A model generated the notes under the pieces. The model made no database searches, was not told the origin of the DNA, and saw only the letters and a list, made by a program, of their open reading frames with translations. From positions 27,463-59,462 of the forward strand of contig CAKTXA010000005.1 of NCBI GenBank assembly GCA_934631005.1: a DNA stretch of 32,000 bases. Reading direction: 5' to 3'. Every line of letters starts with the position of its first letter. The stretch's first letter is position 1. The translations under genes were made by a program, and so were the position numbers. Shown here piece by piece: positions 9,442 through 17,352 of the stretch. This stretch comes from an uncultured Oscillospiraceae bacterium (GTDB lineage Bacteria; Bacillota; Clostridia; Oscillospirales; Oscillospiraceae).

Positions 9442-11177
9442 AAAAGACAGCCTCCAAGGGCACGCTCCTGCGTGTGTTAAAGCTGCTGCGCGGCAGCGGC
9501 TGGCAGCTCGTGCTGGCGCTCATTTTGTCGGCGGCGAATGTGGCGGGCACGCTCTATGTTCCCATCGCGGTCGGCCGCGCCATCGACTGCATCGTCGCCC
9601 CCGGGCAGGTGGATCTTGCCGCGGCGGCGCGGGCGCTGGCCGGTGCGGCGGCAGCTGCCGCGGGCGCGGCGGCGCTGCAGTGGTGCATCAGTGATCTTTT
9701 TAACCGCATGGCCTTTTCCGCCGTGCGCGATGTGCGCCGGCAGGCGTTCTCGAAGCTCCAGCGGCTGCCTCTGTCGTATCTGGACGCGCACCCGTCCGGC
9801 GATACGCTCAGCCGCATCATCGCCGACGCCGACCAGCTCTCGGACGGACTGGTGCTCGGTTTTTCGCAGTTCTTTACCGGCGTTCTGACCATCCTCTGCA
9901 CGCTCGTCATCATGCTCCGCCTGAGCTGGCGCATCGCGCTGGTGGTCGTGCTGCTCACGCCGCTGTCGCTGTTCGCGGCAAAATTCATCACCGGGCGGAC
10001 GAAAAAGCTCTTCACGGCGCAGTCGCGCCTGCGCGGGCAGCAGACGGCGTATCTCGAGGAGATGGTCGGCGAACAGAAGCTCGTCCGCGCGTTCGGCATG
10101 GAGCGGCGCGCCGCCGCCCGCTTTGACGAGGAAAACGACCGCCTGCGCGAAGCGTCCCTGCAGGCTACGTTCTACTCCTCGCTCACGAACCCCGTCACGC
10201 GCTTTGTAAACGCCATGGTCTACGCGGGCGTGGCGCTCGTGGGCGCGCTGAGCGCCGCGGGCGGCGCGGTCACGGTGGGCACGCTCACGGTGTTCCTCAG
10301 CTACGCAAACCAGTATACGCGGCCCTTTAACGAAATTTCCGGCGTCATCGCGGAGCTTCAGAACGCGCTGGCCTGTGCCGCGCGGCTGTTTGAGCTGCTG
10401 GACGCGCCGGACGAGACGGCGGACACTAACGCGCAGCTCCCCGCGCCCGTGGCGGGCGGCGTGCAACTGCGGGATGTGTCGTTCCGCTACGTGCCGGAGC
10501 GGCCGCTCATCGAGCATCTGCAGCTGGACGTGCAGCCCGGCCAGCGCGTGGCCATCGTCGGCCCCACGGGCTGCGGCAAAACGACGCTCATCAACCTCCT
10601 CATGCGCTTTTACGACGTAAACGGCGGCGCGATCTGTGTGGACGGGACGGATATTTACACCGTCTCGCGCAAAAGCCTTCGCGCGCAGTACGGCATGGTG
10701 CTGCAGGAGACGTGGCTGTCGGGCGGGACGGTGCGCGAAAACCTCACCATGGGCGCGCCGGACGCGACGGATGACGAGCTGCGGCAGGCCGCACAGGCGT
10801 GCTATGCCGACGAGTTCATCCGCAAGCTGCCGCAGGGGTATGACACGCCGCTTGCCGGGGGCGTGAGCCTGTCGCAGGGCCAGCGGCAGCTGCTGTGCAT
10901 CACGCGCGTGATGCTGGCAAAGCCGCCCATGCTCATTCTGGACGAGGCCACCAGCTCCATCGACACGCGCACCGAGCGCAAGGTGCAGTCGGCCTTTGCC
11001 GCGCTCATGCAGGGCCGGACGAGCTTTATCGTGGCCCACCGCCTGTCCACCATCCGCGAAGCGGACGTCATCCTCGTCATGCGCGACGGCCACATCATCG
11101 AGCAGGGCAAGCACGACGAGCTGCTTGCCAAAAACGGCTTCTACGCCAAACTCTACAACAGCCAGTTCGAGACATAA
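9438..11177 (+). CDS. ABC exporter half-transporter (fused TMD-NBD), 579 aa; probable heterodimer partner
   Basis: Start MKKTASKG at ATG 9438 forms an ATGA overlap with the upstream stop and has an AAGGAGG RBS. Walker A GPTGCGKTT, signature LSQGQRQL, Walker B LILDEATSSID. The 97-aa upstream ORF extension was rejected. Confidence 0.9.
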   Translation: MKKTASKGTLLRVLKLLRGSGWQLVLALILSAANVAGTLYVPIAVGRAIDCIVAPGQVDLAAAARALAGAAAAAAGAAALQWCISDLFNRMAFSAVRDVRRQAFSKLQRLPLSYLDAHPSGDTLSRIIADADQLSDGLVLGFSQFFTGVLTILCTLVIMLRLSWRIALVVVLLTPLSLFAAKFITGRTKKLFTAQSRLRGQQTAYLEEMVGEQKLVRAFGMERRAAARFDEENDRLREASLQATFYSSLTNPVTRFVNAMVYAGVALVGALSAAGGAVTVGTLTVFLSYANQYTRPFNEISGVIAELQNALACAARLFELLDAPDETADTNAQLPAPVAGGVQLRDVSFRYVPERPLIEHLQLDVQPGQRVAIVGPTGCGKTTLINLLMRFYDVNGGAICVDGTDIYTVSRKSLRAQYGMVLQETWLSGGTVRENLTMGAPDATDDELRQAAQACYADEFIRKLPQGYDTPLAGGVSLSQGQRQLLCITRVMLAKPPMLILDEATSSIDTRTERKVQSAFAALMQGRTSFIVAHRLSTIREADVILVMRDGHIIEQGKHDELLAKNGFYAKLYNSQFET

Positions 11178-11213
11178 AAAACGTGCCTGCCAAGTATGGC
11201 AGGCACATTTTTA
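11176..11213. terminator. Bidirectional rho-independent terminator between convergent operons
   Basis: Stem gtgcctgcca (11183-11192), loop agta, stem tggcaggcac (11197-11206), flanked by an A-run on the left and a T-run on the right. Confidence 0.8.
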
Positions 11214-11259
11214 TACGCTCACAGGCCGACTTTTCAGCCGCGGGCACGTTTTTTTGCGC

Positions 11260-11904
11260 TCAGAGGTCGGCTTTTTCGAATCTGGCGGCGGAAATCTTCG
11301 CGGCCAGAACGGTCAGTCCGGCGTAGATCGCCAGACCGCCGAGCAGCACCGGCAGCTGCTGCAGCTGGCCTGCGATGTCGTAGCGCTCGCAGACCGTTTT
11401 CATATACGGCACGATGTGCTCCAGCACCTCCAGCACGCAGATGCCCAAAAACATCACGATGCTCGAGAGGACGAACGGCTTTCCGAGGTCGTAGCCGTTT
11501 TTGTAGTGCATGGGCAGGAACACAAGGTTGAACGCGCCCAGCAGCACCGCGCCGAAGCCGAGGAACGCGCAGTTGGCCTCGATGCCGACGGCGTTCTGGA
11601 TGCCGTAGCCCGCGCGGATGCACAGAAACGGCACGCAGCACAGCAGCTGCAAAAGCTCCAGTTGCGCCACGGTCCACACGCGGGCATACACCATCTGCCG
11701 CTTGCCGACCGGCAGCAGGAGCATATAGCTGACGTCGCGATTCTCCCGCGCCGACTGGAAAAACAGGAAAATGCCGAGCGTGGTGTAGAAAAACGTCACA
11801 TAATACGGATAGCTCGGCACGAGCACCAGCGCGCTCAGCGCCAGAAACACCAGCGGCACCGGCGTCATCGCGAGCTTCCATTCCTTTTGCATCAGAGCCT
11901 TCAT
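11260..11904 (-). CDS. ABC-2 family transporter permease, 214 aa
   Basis: Polytopic hydrophobic protein (about 6 predicted helices). Its start forms an ATGA overlap (11901-11904) with the ABC ATPase stop. Confidence 0.7.
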   Translation of the reverse strand: MKALMQKEWKLAMTPVPLVFLALSALVLVPSYPYYVTFFYTTLGIFLFFQSARENRDVSYMLLLPVGKRQMVYARVWTVAQLELLQLLCCVPFLCIRAGYGIQNAVGIEANCAFLGFGAVLLGAFNLVFLPMHYKNGYDLGKPFVLSSIVMFLGICVLEVLEHIVPYMKTVCERYDIAGQLQQLPVLLGGLAIYAGLTVLAAKISAARFEKADL

Positions 11905-12749
11905 GCCTCCGCCTCCCGTTCCAGAAATACCATCAGCTCTTCAAGCGTGGCCGGGCGCACGGCGCAGCCTGCCGCCGCGGCGGCGCCCTGCGCGGGCAGC
12001 AGGCCCTCAAATTCGCCCCGGTGCTCGCGGCAGCCGGTCATCGCGGCGTCCAGCGCCGCCGTGCGCTGCGCGGACGGGCCCTTTACCACGCGCCACTGCG
12101 CGAGAAGATCTTCCCGTGTGCCGCCCAGCCGCACGCGGCCGTTTTGCAGATACGTGATGGTGTCGGCGCATTTTTCAAGGTCGGACGTGATGTGCGTGGA
12201 AAACAGGATGGCCGTGCCGCGCTCCGCGAGCGTCAAAAACAGCTCCAGCAGATCGTCGCGCGAGACGGGGTCCAGCCCCGACGTCGGCTCATCCAGGATC
12301 AGCAGCTCCGCCCGGTGCGACAGCGCCAGCGCCAGCTGGAACTTCACCTTCATGCCCTCCGACAGCTCGCTCACGCGCTTATTTTCGTCCAGCGAGAACC
12401 TGCGCAGGCAGTCGCGGTACGCCGCCTCGTCCCAGTCCGGGTAGAACGCGCGCGTCACGGCCGCCAGCTGCCGCAGGCGCTTTTTGGGGTAATACCCCGC
12501 CGTGCCGGACACATAGCCGAGCTTTTTGCGGATGTCCAGCTCGTGCGTGTCCATGTCCATGCCGAGCAGCGTGATCTTGCCTGCGTCGGGGTGCACGATG
12601 TGCAGCAGCGACTTGAGCGTGGTCGTTTTGCCCGCGCCGTTGCGCCCGATCAGTCCCATGATCGTGCCGGGCTGCATGGAAAACGAGACGTTTTCCAGCG
12701 AAAACGCGGGGTAGCGCTTGCAAAGCCCCTCAACCTTCAGAATTTCCAT
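11901..12749 (-). CDS. ABC transporter ATP-binding protein, 282 aa
   Basis: Walker A GRNGAGKTT, signature LSEGMKVK, Walker B LLILDEPTSGLD. AAGGAG RBS 7 nt upstream. The start lies 20 nt inside the AbrB-like gene. Confidence 0.9.
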   Translation of the reverse strand: MEILKVEGLCKRYPAFSLENVSFSMQPGTIMGLIGRNGAGKTTTLKSLLHIVHPDAGKITLLGMDMDTHELDIRKKLGYVSGTAGYYPKKRLRQLAAVTRAFYPDWDEAAYRDCLRRFSLDENKRVSELSEGMKVKFQLALALSHRAELLILDEPTSGLDPVSRDDLLELFLTLAERGTAILFSTHITSDLEKCADTITYLQNGRVRLGGTREDLLAQWRVVKGPSAQRTAALDAAMTGCREHRGEFEGLLPAQGAAAAAGCAVRPATLEELMVFLEREAEA

Positions 12750-12966
12750 CGTCCTGCTCCTTTGCCATGTCCCACAGCCGCTCCGGCGCGGCGAGCGAGG
12801 CCTCGCTCACCAGCGCGATGCCGCGCTTTTTGTCGGCCATCAGCAGCAGCTGATCGCCCGGCTGAATGCCGAACAGCTCCCGCGCCCCCTTGGGGATCAC
12901 GATCTGCCCCTTTTCGCCGACTTTGACGATGCTTAAAAATTTGCCCTTCGGATATTGCAGTGCCAT
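12730..12966 (-). CDS. AbrB/MazE/SpoVT-family DNA-binding protein, 78 aa
   Basis: Swapped-hairpin motif VGEKGQIVIPKGARELFGIQPGDQLLLMAD. GGAGGG RBS. First gene of the three-gene operon. Confidence 0.8.
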   Translation of the reverse strand: MALQYPKGKFLSIVKVGEKGQIVIPKGARELFGIQPGDQLLLMADKKRGIALVSEASLAAPERLWDMAKEQDDGNSEG

Positions 12967-13009
12967 AGAATGCCCTCCAATCGTGTGAACAGTATAACTT
13001 TTCCTACAT

Positions 13010-13037
13010 AGTATAACACCGCCTACGAAAAAGTCAA
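13010..13037 (-). promoter_or_regulatory. Candidate sigma-A promoter of the AbrB-ABC operon, with duplicated GTTATACT
   Basis: Minus strand shows TTGACT (13037-13032), a 16-nt spacer, then TATACT (13015-13010). A second GTTATACT copy lies 19 nt downstream (12998-12991) and is a possible operator. Confidence 0.5.
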
Positions 13038-13044
13038 GCGCCGC

Positions 13045-13077
13045 ACAAAAAATCGCGGCAGACCGAGGTCTGCCGCG
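13045..13077 (-). terminator. Rho-independent terminator of the NodB-like gene
   Basis: Stem cgcggcagac / gtctgccgcg (13054-13077), followed on the minus strand by attttttgtg. Confidence 0.75.
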
Positions 13078-13120
13078 AAGCGGTTTTCACTTTTTCAAGC
13101 GTGCCAAAATTTCTGGTGCG

Positions 13121-14182
13121 CTATTCGATGGGCGACGTTTCGCGCAGAAGCTGCGGCGCCGCGCCCACGTAGTCCAGATCATCCAGCACGCCGGCAAGGT
13201 CGCCGGCGCAGACGAACAGGCGCTGCGCCTGCGGCTGCTCCACCAGCTCCGTCGCGCTCTGCTCGCCCGTGGGGCGGGTGAAGACGCGATAGCCTGTGAC
13301 GCCCTGCGCCTGTTCGGCGGTGAGCAGGGCGAGCACCGTTTTTGTGTGCAGCACGGCGGCAAGGGCGCTATTTGCTTCGTGCAGCGCCGCCGCCACGTCC
13401 GGCGTGCCGTCCTCCACGCTCAGCCCCAGCGTGTGCCCCGCCGCGAGGATGCGGCAGGCGAGCAGCGGGTCGGCCTCCAGCTCCGCCGCCGTCAGGAAAA
13501 ACGCCGCGGTCAGCTCCCGCTCCCGCAAAAGCTCCAGCGCGCTCTCCATCTGCGCCGCGTTCGTGATGGCCAGATACACCGGCACCAGCTCCTGCGGCTC
13601 GTCGTCCTCCGGCGTCTGCGGGCGCGGATCGGCCTGCGTGCCGCCGCCGGGCGTCTGCTCCTGTTCATGGGTCTGGATGCGGTAGGCGATCAGGTTTTCG
13701 GCCTTCTGCAAGAACATCTCGTCGTCGTAAATTTCGCTCCCCGTCGTAAAGCGCAGCACGGGGCAGCCGCTCTGGCTGGTGAGCATACTGTAGCTCAGCC
13801 CAAAATGTCCCGCGCACACCGCGAGCGGAATGTACAGAAGCCCGCTCTTGTAGATCGTGAGCGCGTCGCTGACATTGCCGTTTTCGTCGGTCATCTGGTC
13901 CTTGTCGATGTCAAAGACGAGGCGCTTGGCGCGCGTAAAGAGCACGAGCGTCTGCTCCGATGCGTTATACGCCTGCGCCACGCCGCCCGGCGCGGCGTCA
14001 AACACGGTGTAGGGCACATACAGGCCTGTGGCCGCGTAGTGCGGCTTGGCGCCCACGATGGTGAGGGGGATGGAGTCGTTCACGGCCACGAAAAACAGAT
14101 CGTCCGCCGCCCCGGCCGCGGGCAGCGTCAGCCCCAGCAGCAGCAAAAGCGCCAGCGCGCCCGCAAGCAGCCGTTTTTTCAT
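13121..14182 (-). CDS. Secreted two-domain protein: N-terminal stalk-like domain plus C-terminal NodB (polysaccharide deacetylase)-like domain, 353 aa
   Basis: Start MKKRLLAGALALLLLLGL (signal peptide) at ATG 14182 with an AAGGGGG RBS. The C-terminal part VYLAITNAAQ...AAFFLTAAEL...AAGHTLGLSV resembles the NodB fold by eye, but the canonical DD and HxxxH residues are not evident. Confidence 0.5.
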   Translation of the reverse strand: MKKRLLAGALALLLLLGLTLPAAGAADDLFFVAVNDSIPLTIVGAKPHYAATGLYVPYTVFDAAPGGVAQAYNASEQTLVLFTRAKRLVFDIDKDQMTDENGNVSDALTIYKSGLLYIPLAVCAGHFGLSYSMLTSQSGCPVLRFTTGSEIYDDEMFLQKAENLIAYRIQTHEQEQTPGGGTQADPRPQTPEDDEPQELVPVYLAITNAAQMESALELLRERELTAAFFLTAAELEADPLLACRILAAGHTLGLSVEDGTPDVAAALHEANSALAAVLHTKTVLALLTAEQAQGVTGYRVFTRPTGEQSATELVEQPQAQRLFVCAGDLAGVLDDLDYVGAAPQLLRETSPIE

Positions 14183-14302
14183 ACGATCACGCCCCCTTTC
14201 CGTAGCTTTTGACCATTCTACCACAAAAAAACGTCCGCTTCAAGTTGCCGCGCGGCACGGAGTATGGTATACTGAAAAAAACGTCTTTTCGGGAGGGGCA
14301 CC

Positions 14303-14791
14303 ATGCAGAGGATCGAAAAGGAAAACTACTATCTGGACATCGCGCAGACCGTGCTGGAGCGTTCGACGTGCCTGCGCCGCTGCTACGGGGCGATCATCGT
14401 GCAGAACGATGAGATCGTGGCCACCGGCTACAACGGCGCGCCGCGCGGCCGCAAAAACTGCTGCGATCTCGGCTACTGTATGCGCGAAAAGCTGCAGGTC
14501 CCGCGCGGCGAGCGCTATGAGCTCTGCCGCAGCGTGCACGCCGAGGCCAACGCCATCATCTCCGCCTCCCGCCGGGAGTGCATCGGCGCGACCATCTACC
14601 TCGTCGGCAAGGAGGCCGCCACGGGCAAGATCCTCGGCGACGCCACGTCGTGCTCCATGTGCCGCCGCATGATCATCAACGCCGGCATCGACCGCGTGGT
14701 CATCCGCAATACGGAGACGGAATTTTCCGTCGTCCCCGTCCAAAGCTGGATCGACGAGGATGATTCCATCGCTGAAGCGTGTCAAAAATAA
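14303..14791 (+). CDS. comEB: dCMP (deoxycytidylate) deaminase, ComEB type, 162 aa
   Basis: Zinc motifs HAEANAI and CSMCRRMIINAGI. GGGAGGGG RBS. Confidence 0.9.
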   Translation: MQRIEKENYYLDIAQTVLERSTCLRRCYGAIIVQNDEIVATGYNGAPRGRKNCCDLGYCMREKLQVPRGERYELCRSVHAEANAIISASRRECIGATIYLVGKEAATGKILGDATSCSMCRRMIINAGIDRVVIRNTETEFSVVPVQSWIDEDDSIAEACQK

Positions 14792-14807
14792 ATTTTTGAC
14801 ACGCTTT
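14776..14807 (+). terminator. Hairpin terminator overlapping the dCMP deaminase stop codon
   Basis: Perfect 13-bp stem agcgtgtcaaaaa / tttttgacacgct with loop taaa containing the TAA stop. Only a short T tail follows. Confidence 0.55.
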
Positions 14808-14983
14808 CAAACGAAACCCGCTTCGCTGGGCTTTCGTTTGAGAAGGCTTGCAGCCTGCGCGCGCATAATTTGTGTGCCTGCGGCACACAAATTCCACACT
14901 TACAGGCTGAGTTGTATTTTTGCCGACGTACACGCCGCCGGCAAAAATGATCCGAATTTTATTTTGCGCCTGCGGGCGCAAAA
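14808..14983. repeat. Intergenic array of tandem stem-loops (second REP/BIME-like cluster)
   Basis: Hairpins at 14808-14840 (imperfect), 14845-14855, 14867-14893 (12-bp perfect aatttgtgtgcc/ggcacacaaatt), 14916-14948 (atttttgccg/cggcaaaaat) and 14962-14983 (ttttgcgcc/ggcgcaaaa). Two of them share the apical sequence cctgcgg. Confidence 0.6.
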
Positions 14984-15067
14984 CTCTGCGAGGCTTAGCC
15001 GATGAGGTATAACGCCTGGCAGCAGCGGTGATACTCTCCATAAACGGCAAGGTTTGGAGGGATGTTC

Positions 15068-15328
15068 ATGGTCAAGGGCGTGACCCGGCAGGTGGTCATG
15101 GTGCGCGCGGCGGACAGCGACCTGTTTGAGCAGGCGATCTTTCTCATCCGCGCGGACGCCGCGGAAAAGGGCGGCGTGACGGAGCAGACGCTCCTGCGGC
15201 AGGCCAAGCAGGCGGCGGAGCGCTACACCGGCGGCTGCCTTGCGGCCGGACGCCGCACAAGGCTCCTGTACGCGCTCCTCGGCGCCGCCGCCACAGGACT
15301 GGTCTGGCTGCTGACAGCCGTGCTTTAA
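15068..15328 (+). CDS. Small hypothetical protein with a C-terminal transmembrane helix, 86 aa
   Basis: Sequence MVKGVTRQVVMVRAADSDLFEQAIFLIR... with a C-terminal hydrophobic LLYALLGAAATGLVWLLTAVL. ATG 15068 is 7 nt after GGAGGG, while ATG 15062 is too close to the RBS. A strong terminator follows. Confidence 0.5.
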   Translation: MVKGVTRQVVMVRAADSDLFEQAIFLIRADAAEKGGVTEQTLLRQAKQAAERYTGGCLAAGRRTRLLYALLGAAATGLVWLLTAVL

Positions 15329-15338
15329 GGAAGAAGCG

Positions 15339-15379
15339 ACCGGGAATTTGCCGCATTTCGGCAAATTCCCGGTTTTTCT
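15339..15379 (+). terminator. Rho-independent terminator
   Basis: Perfect 15-bp stem accgggaatttgccg / cggcaaattcccggt, 5-nt loop, followed by ttttt. Confidence 0.85.
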
Positions 15380-15437
15380 TGTGTGCGGAACAGAAATGTG
15401 ATATAGTAGCTGTAATAAACAGTTCGGAGTAGGTAAC

Positions 15438-16403
15438 ATGCAGATTGGACCTCTGAATATCGCGGGCGACCTGGTGCTCGCGCCCATGGCGGGCGTGACG
15501 GACTGGGCGTTCCGCACCGTCTGCGCGCAGCTCGGCGCGGCGGTCACGGTGACGGAGATGGTCTCGTCCCGCGCGCTGGTGTACCACGACAAAAAAAGCC
15601 TGCGCCTGCTGCGCAAAACGCCCGCGGGGCTCTGCGGGGCGCAGCTGTTCGGCAGCGACCCCGCCGTGATGGCGGACGCCGCCGGCCTTGCTCTGGAGGC
15701 CTCCGGCGCGGATTTTATCGACCTCAACATGGGCTGCCCCATGCCGAAGATCGTCGGCAACGGCGACGGCTGCGCCCTCATGCGCGACGAAGCGCTCGCG
15801 GCGCAGATCGTTGAAGCGGTGTGCCGGGCGGTAAGCGTGCCTGTCACGGTCAAGATGCGCACGGGCTGGGACAAGGGCAGCGTCAACTGCGTGCGTCTTG
15901 CGCAGGCGGTGGAGGCCGCCGGAGCGGCGGCGGTGACCGTCCACGGGCGGACAAAGTCGATGCTCTACTCCGGCACCGCCGACTGGGACACCATCCGCAC
16001 CGTCGTGGAGGCGGTCAAGATCCCCATCATCGCCAACGGCGACGTGTTCGATGAGACCGCCGCCCTGCGCTGCAAAGCGCGCACCGGCGCGGCGGGGTAC
16101 ATGATCGGCCGCGCCGCGTTCGGCGACCCGTGGATCTTCCAGCGCGTGCAGGCGGCTCTGCGCGGCGAAGAAGCGCCCGCGCGCCTGCCGCTGCGTGAGC
16201 GGATGGACACGGCGCTGCGCCAGATCGAGCTGGCGGCGGCGGACAAGGGCGAGCACATCGCGTGCCTGGAGGCGCGCAAGCATCTGGCCTGGTACCTGCG
16301 CGGCGTGGCGTACAGCGGGTATTATAAAGAAAAAATCTCCGCGATCTCGACCATGGACGAGGTGCGGGCCATCATAAACGGCATCCAACGTGACCTGAAG
16401 TGA
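15438..16403 (+). CDS. dusB: tRNA-dihydrouridine synthase, 321 aa
   Basis: Motifs LAPMAGVTDWAFR, DLNMGCP and VTVHGRT, plus the FMN TIM-barrel pattern of the Dus family. Confidence 0.93.
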   Translation: MQIGPLNIAGDLVLAPMAGVTDWAFRTVCAQLGAAVTVTEMVSSRALVYHDKKSLRLLRKTPAGLCGAQLFGSDPAVMADAAGLALEASGADFIDLNMGCPMPKIVGNGDGCALMRDEALAAQIVEAVCRAVSVPVTVKMRTGWDKGSVNCVRLAQAVEAAGAAAVTVHGRTKSMLYSGTADWDTIRTVVEAVKIPIIANGDVFDETAALRCKARTGAAGYMIGRAAFGDPWIFQRVQAALRGEEAPARLPLRERMDTALRQIELAAADKGEHIACLEARKHLAWYLRGVAYSGYYKEKISAISTMDEVRAIINGIQRDLK

Positions 16404-16424
16404 GGAAAGGAACGGTCTGAAACT

Positions 16425-17330
16425 ATGAGTGAACAGAATTTCAAAACAGTCGTCTGCCCTGAGTGCGGCGCCGAGCTGCAGATCCCGCAGCAGCTGACGG
16501 AGTATTCGTGTATGTACTGCGGCGCGCGCCTGCATGAGAGCGCCCCGCAGCCGCTGGACGAGGCGGCGGAGGCGGACTTTGAGGCCGTCTGCGCGGCGCT
16601 CATCTCCTGCGTGACGGACTATCCCGACTATAACCAGAAGATCACGCGCGACCTGTACGCGCCGTCGTTCGACGCCTACCGCGCGGGCTGCGCGCCCGTC
16701 ATCGAGCGGCTGAACGCCGCCGCGCGCACCGACAAGCAGATCGCCGCCGCGGCCGACCGCCTGCTGGACGATCTCGCCGCCGCGTGGGACACGCAGAAAA
16801 GCAAGACCGCCCGCCAGCACCGCATGACGGACGACAAGATCATCGTGGCCATCTTCCTCGTGCCGATGGTGCGGATGCTGGAGCTGCCCGTGAGCGAGCC
16901 GTTCTGCAAGGCCCTGCAGGAAAAATGGTGCGAGCGCTACCCCAAGGACCCGTTCTTCCTCGGCAGCTATGACTCCATCGCCGGCGGCTTCCGCAAAAAG
17001 TTCCTCGGCCTGTGCTTCATCACCACGGCCGTCTGCCAGTCGCGCGGCCTGCCGGATGACTGCGCCGAGCTCACCGCCTTCCGCGCCTTCCGCGACGGCT
17101 ATCTCAAGACCTGCCCCGACGGTGCGGCGCTCATCGACGAGTATTACAACATCGCGCCCGGCATCGTCGCCTGCATCGACATCTGCGGCGACCGCAGCGC
17201 GCGCTATGACGCCATCCGTGAGGAATATCTTGACCCCTGCTACCGTGACCTGCAGGCCGGGCGGCTGGAGCGCTGCAAAAACCGCTATGTGCGCATGGTG
17301 CGCGCGCTGGAGAAGGAGTATTTGAGCTGA
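16425..17330 (+). CDS. Hypothetical protein with an N-terminal zinc ribbon and a Cys-rich C-terminal module, 301 aa
   Basis: CPECG...(12 aa)...CMYCG zinc ribbon near the N-terminus. C-terminal module CFITTAVCQSRGLPDDCAELTAFRAFRDGYL. Codon usage matches its neighbours. Confidence 0.6.
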   Translation: MSEQNFKTVVCPECGAELQIPQQLTEYSCMYCGARLHESAPQPLDEAAEADFEAVCAALISCVTDYPDYNQKITRDLYAPSFDAYRAGCAPVIERLNAAARTDKQIAAAADRLLDDLAAAWDTQKSKTARQHRMTDDKIIVAIFLVPMVRMLELPVSEPFCKALQEKWCERYPKDPFFLGSYDSIAGGFRKKFLGLCFITTAVCQSRGLPDDCAELTAFRAFRDGYLKTCPDGAALIDEYYNIAPGIVACIDICGDRSARYDAIREEYLDPCYRDLQAGRLERCKNRYVRMVRALEKEYLS

Positions 17331-17352
17331 GCGCCAAAAGGAGGGCACGCAG

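Noticed and set aside
7906-11114. 510-aa and 545-aa minus-strand ORFs
   Set aside because: They are antisense to the two ABC exporter genes, which carry Walker A/B and signature motifs. They have no motifs and no RBS, and their composition is an artefact of high GC.
10996-12926. 482-aa and 301-aa plus-strand ORFs
   Set aside because: They are antisense to the ABC-2 permease, ABC ATPase and AbrB genes, with the same compositional artefact.
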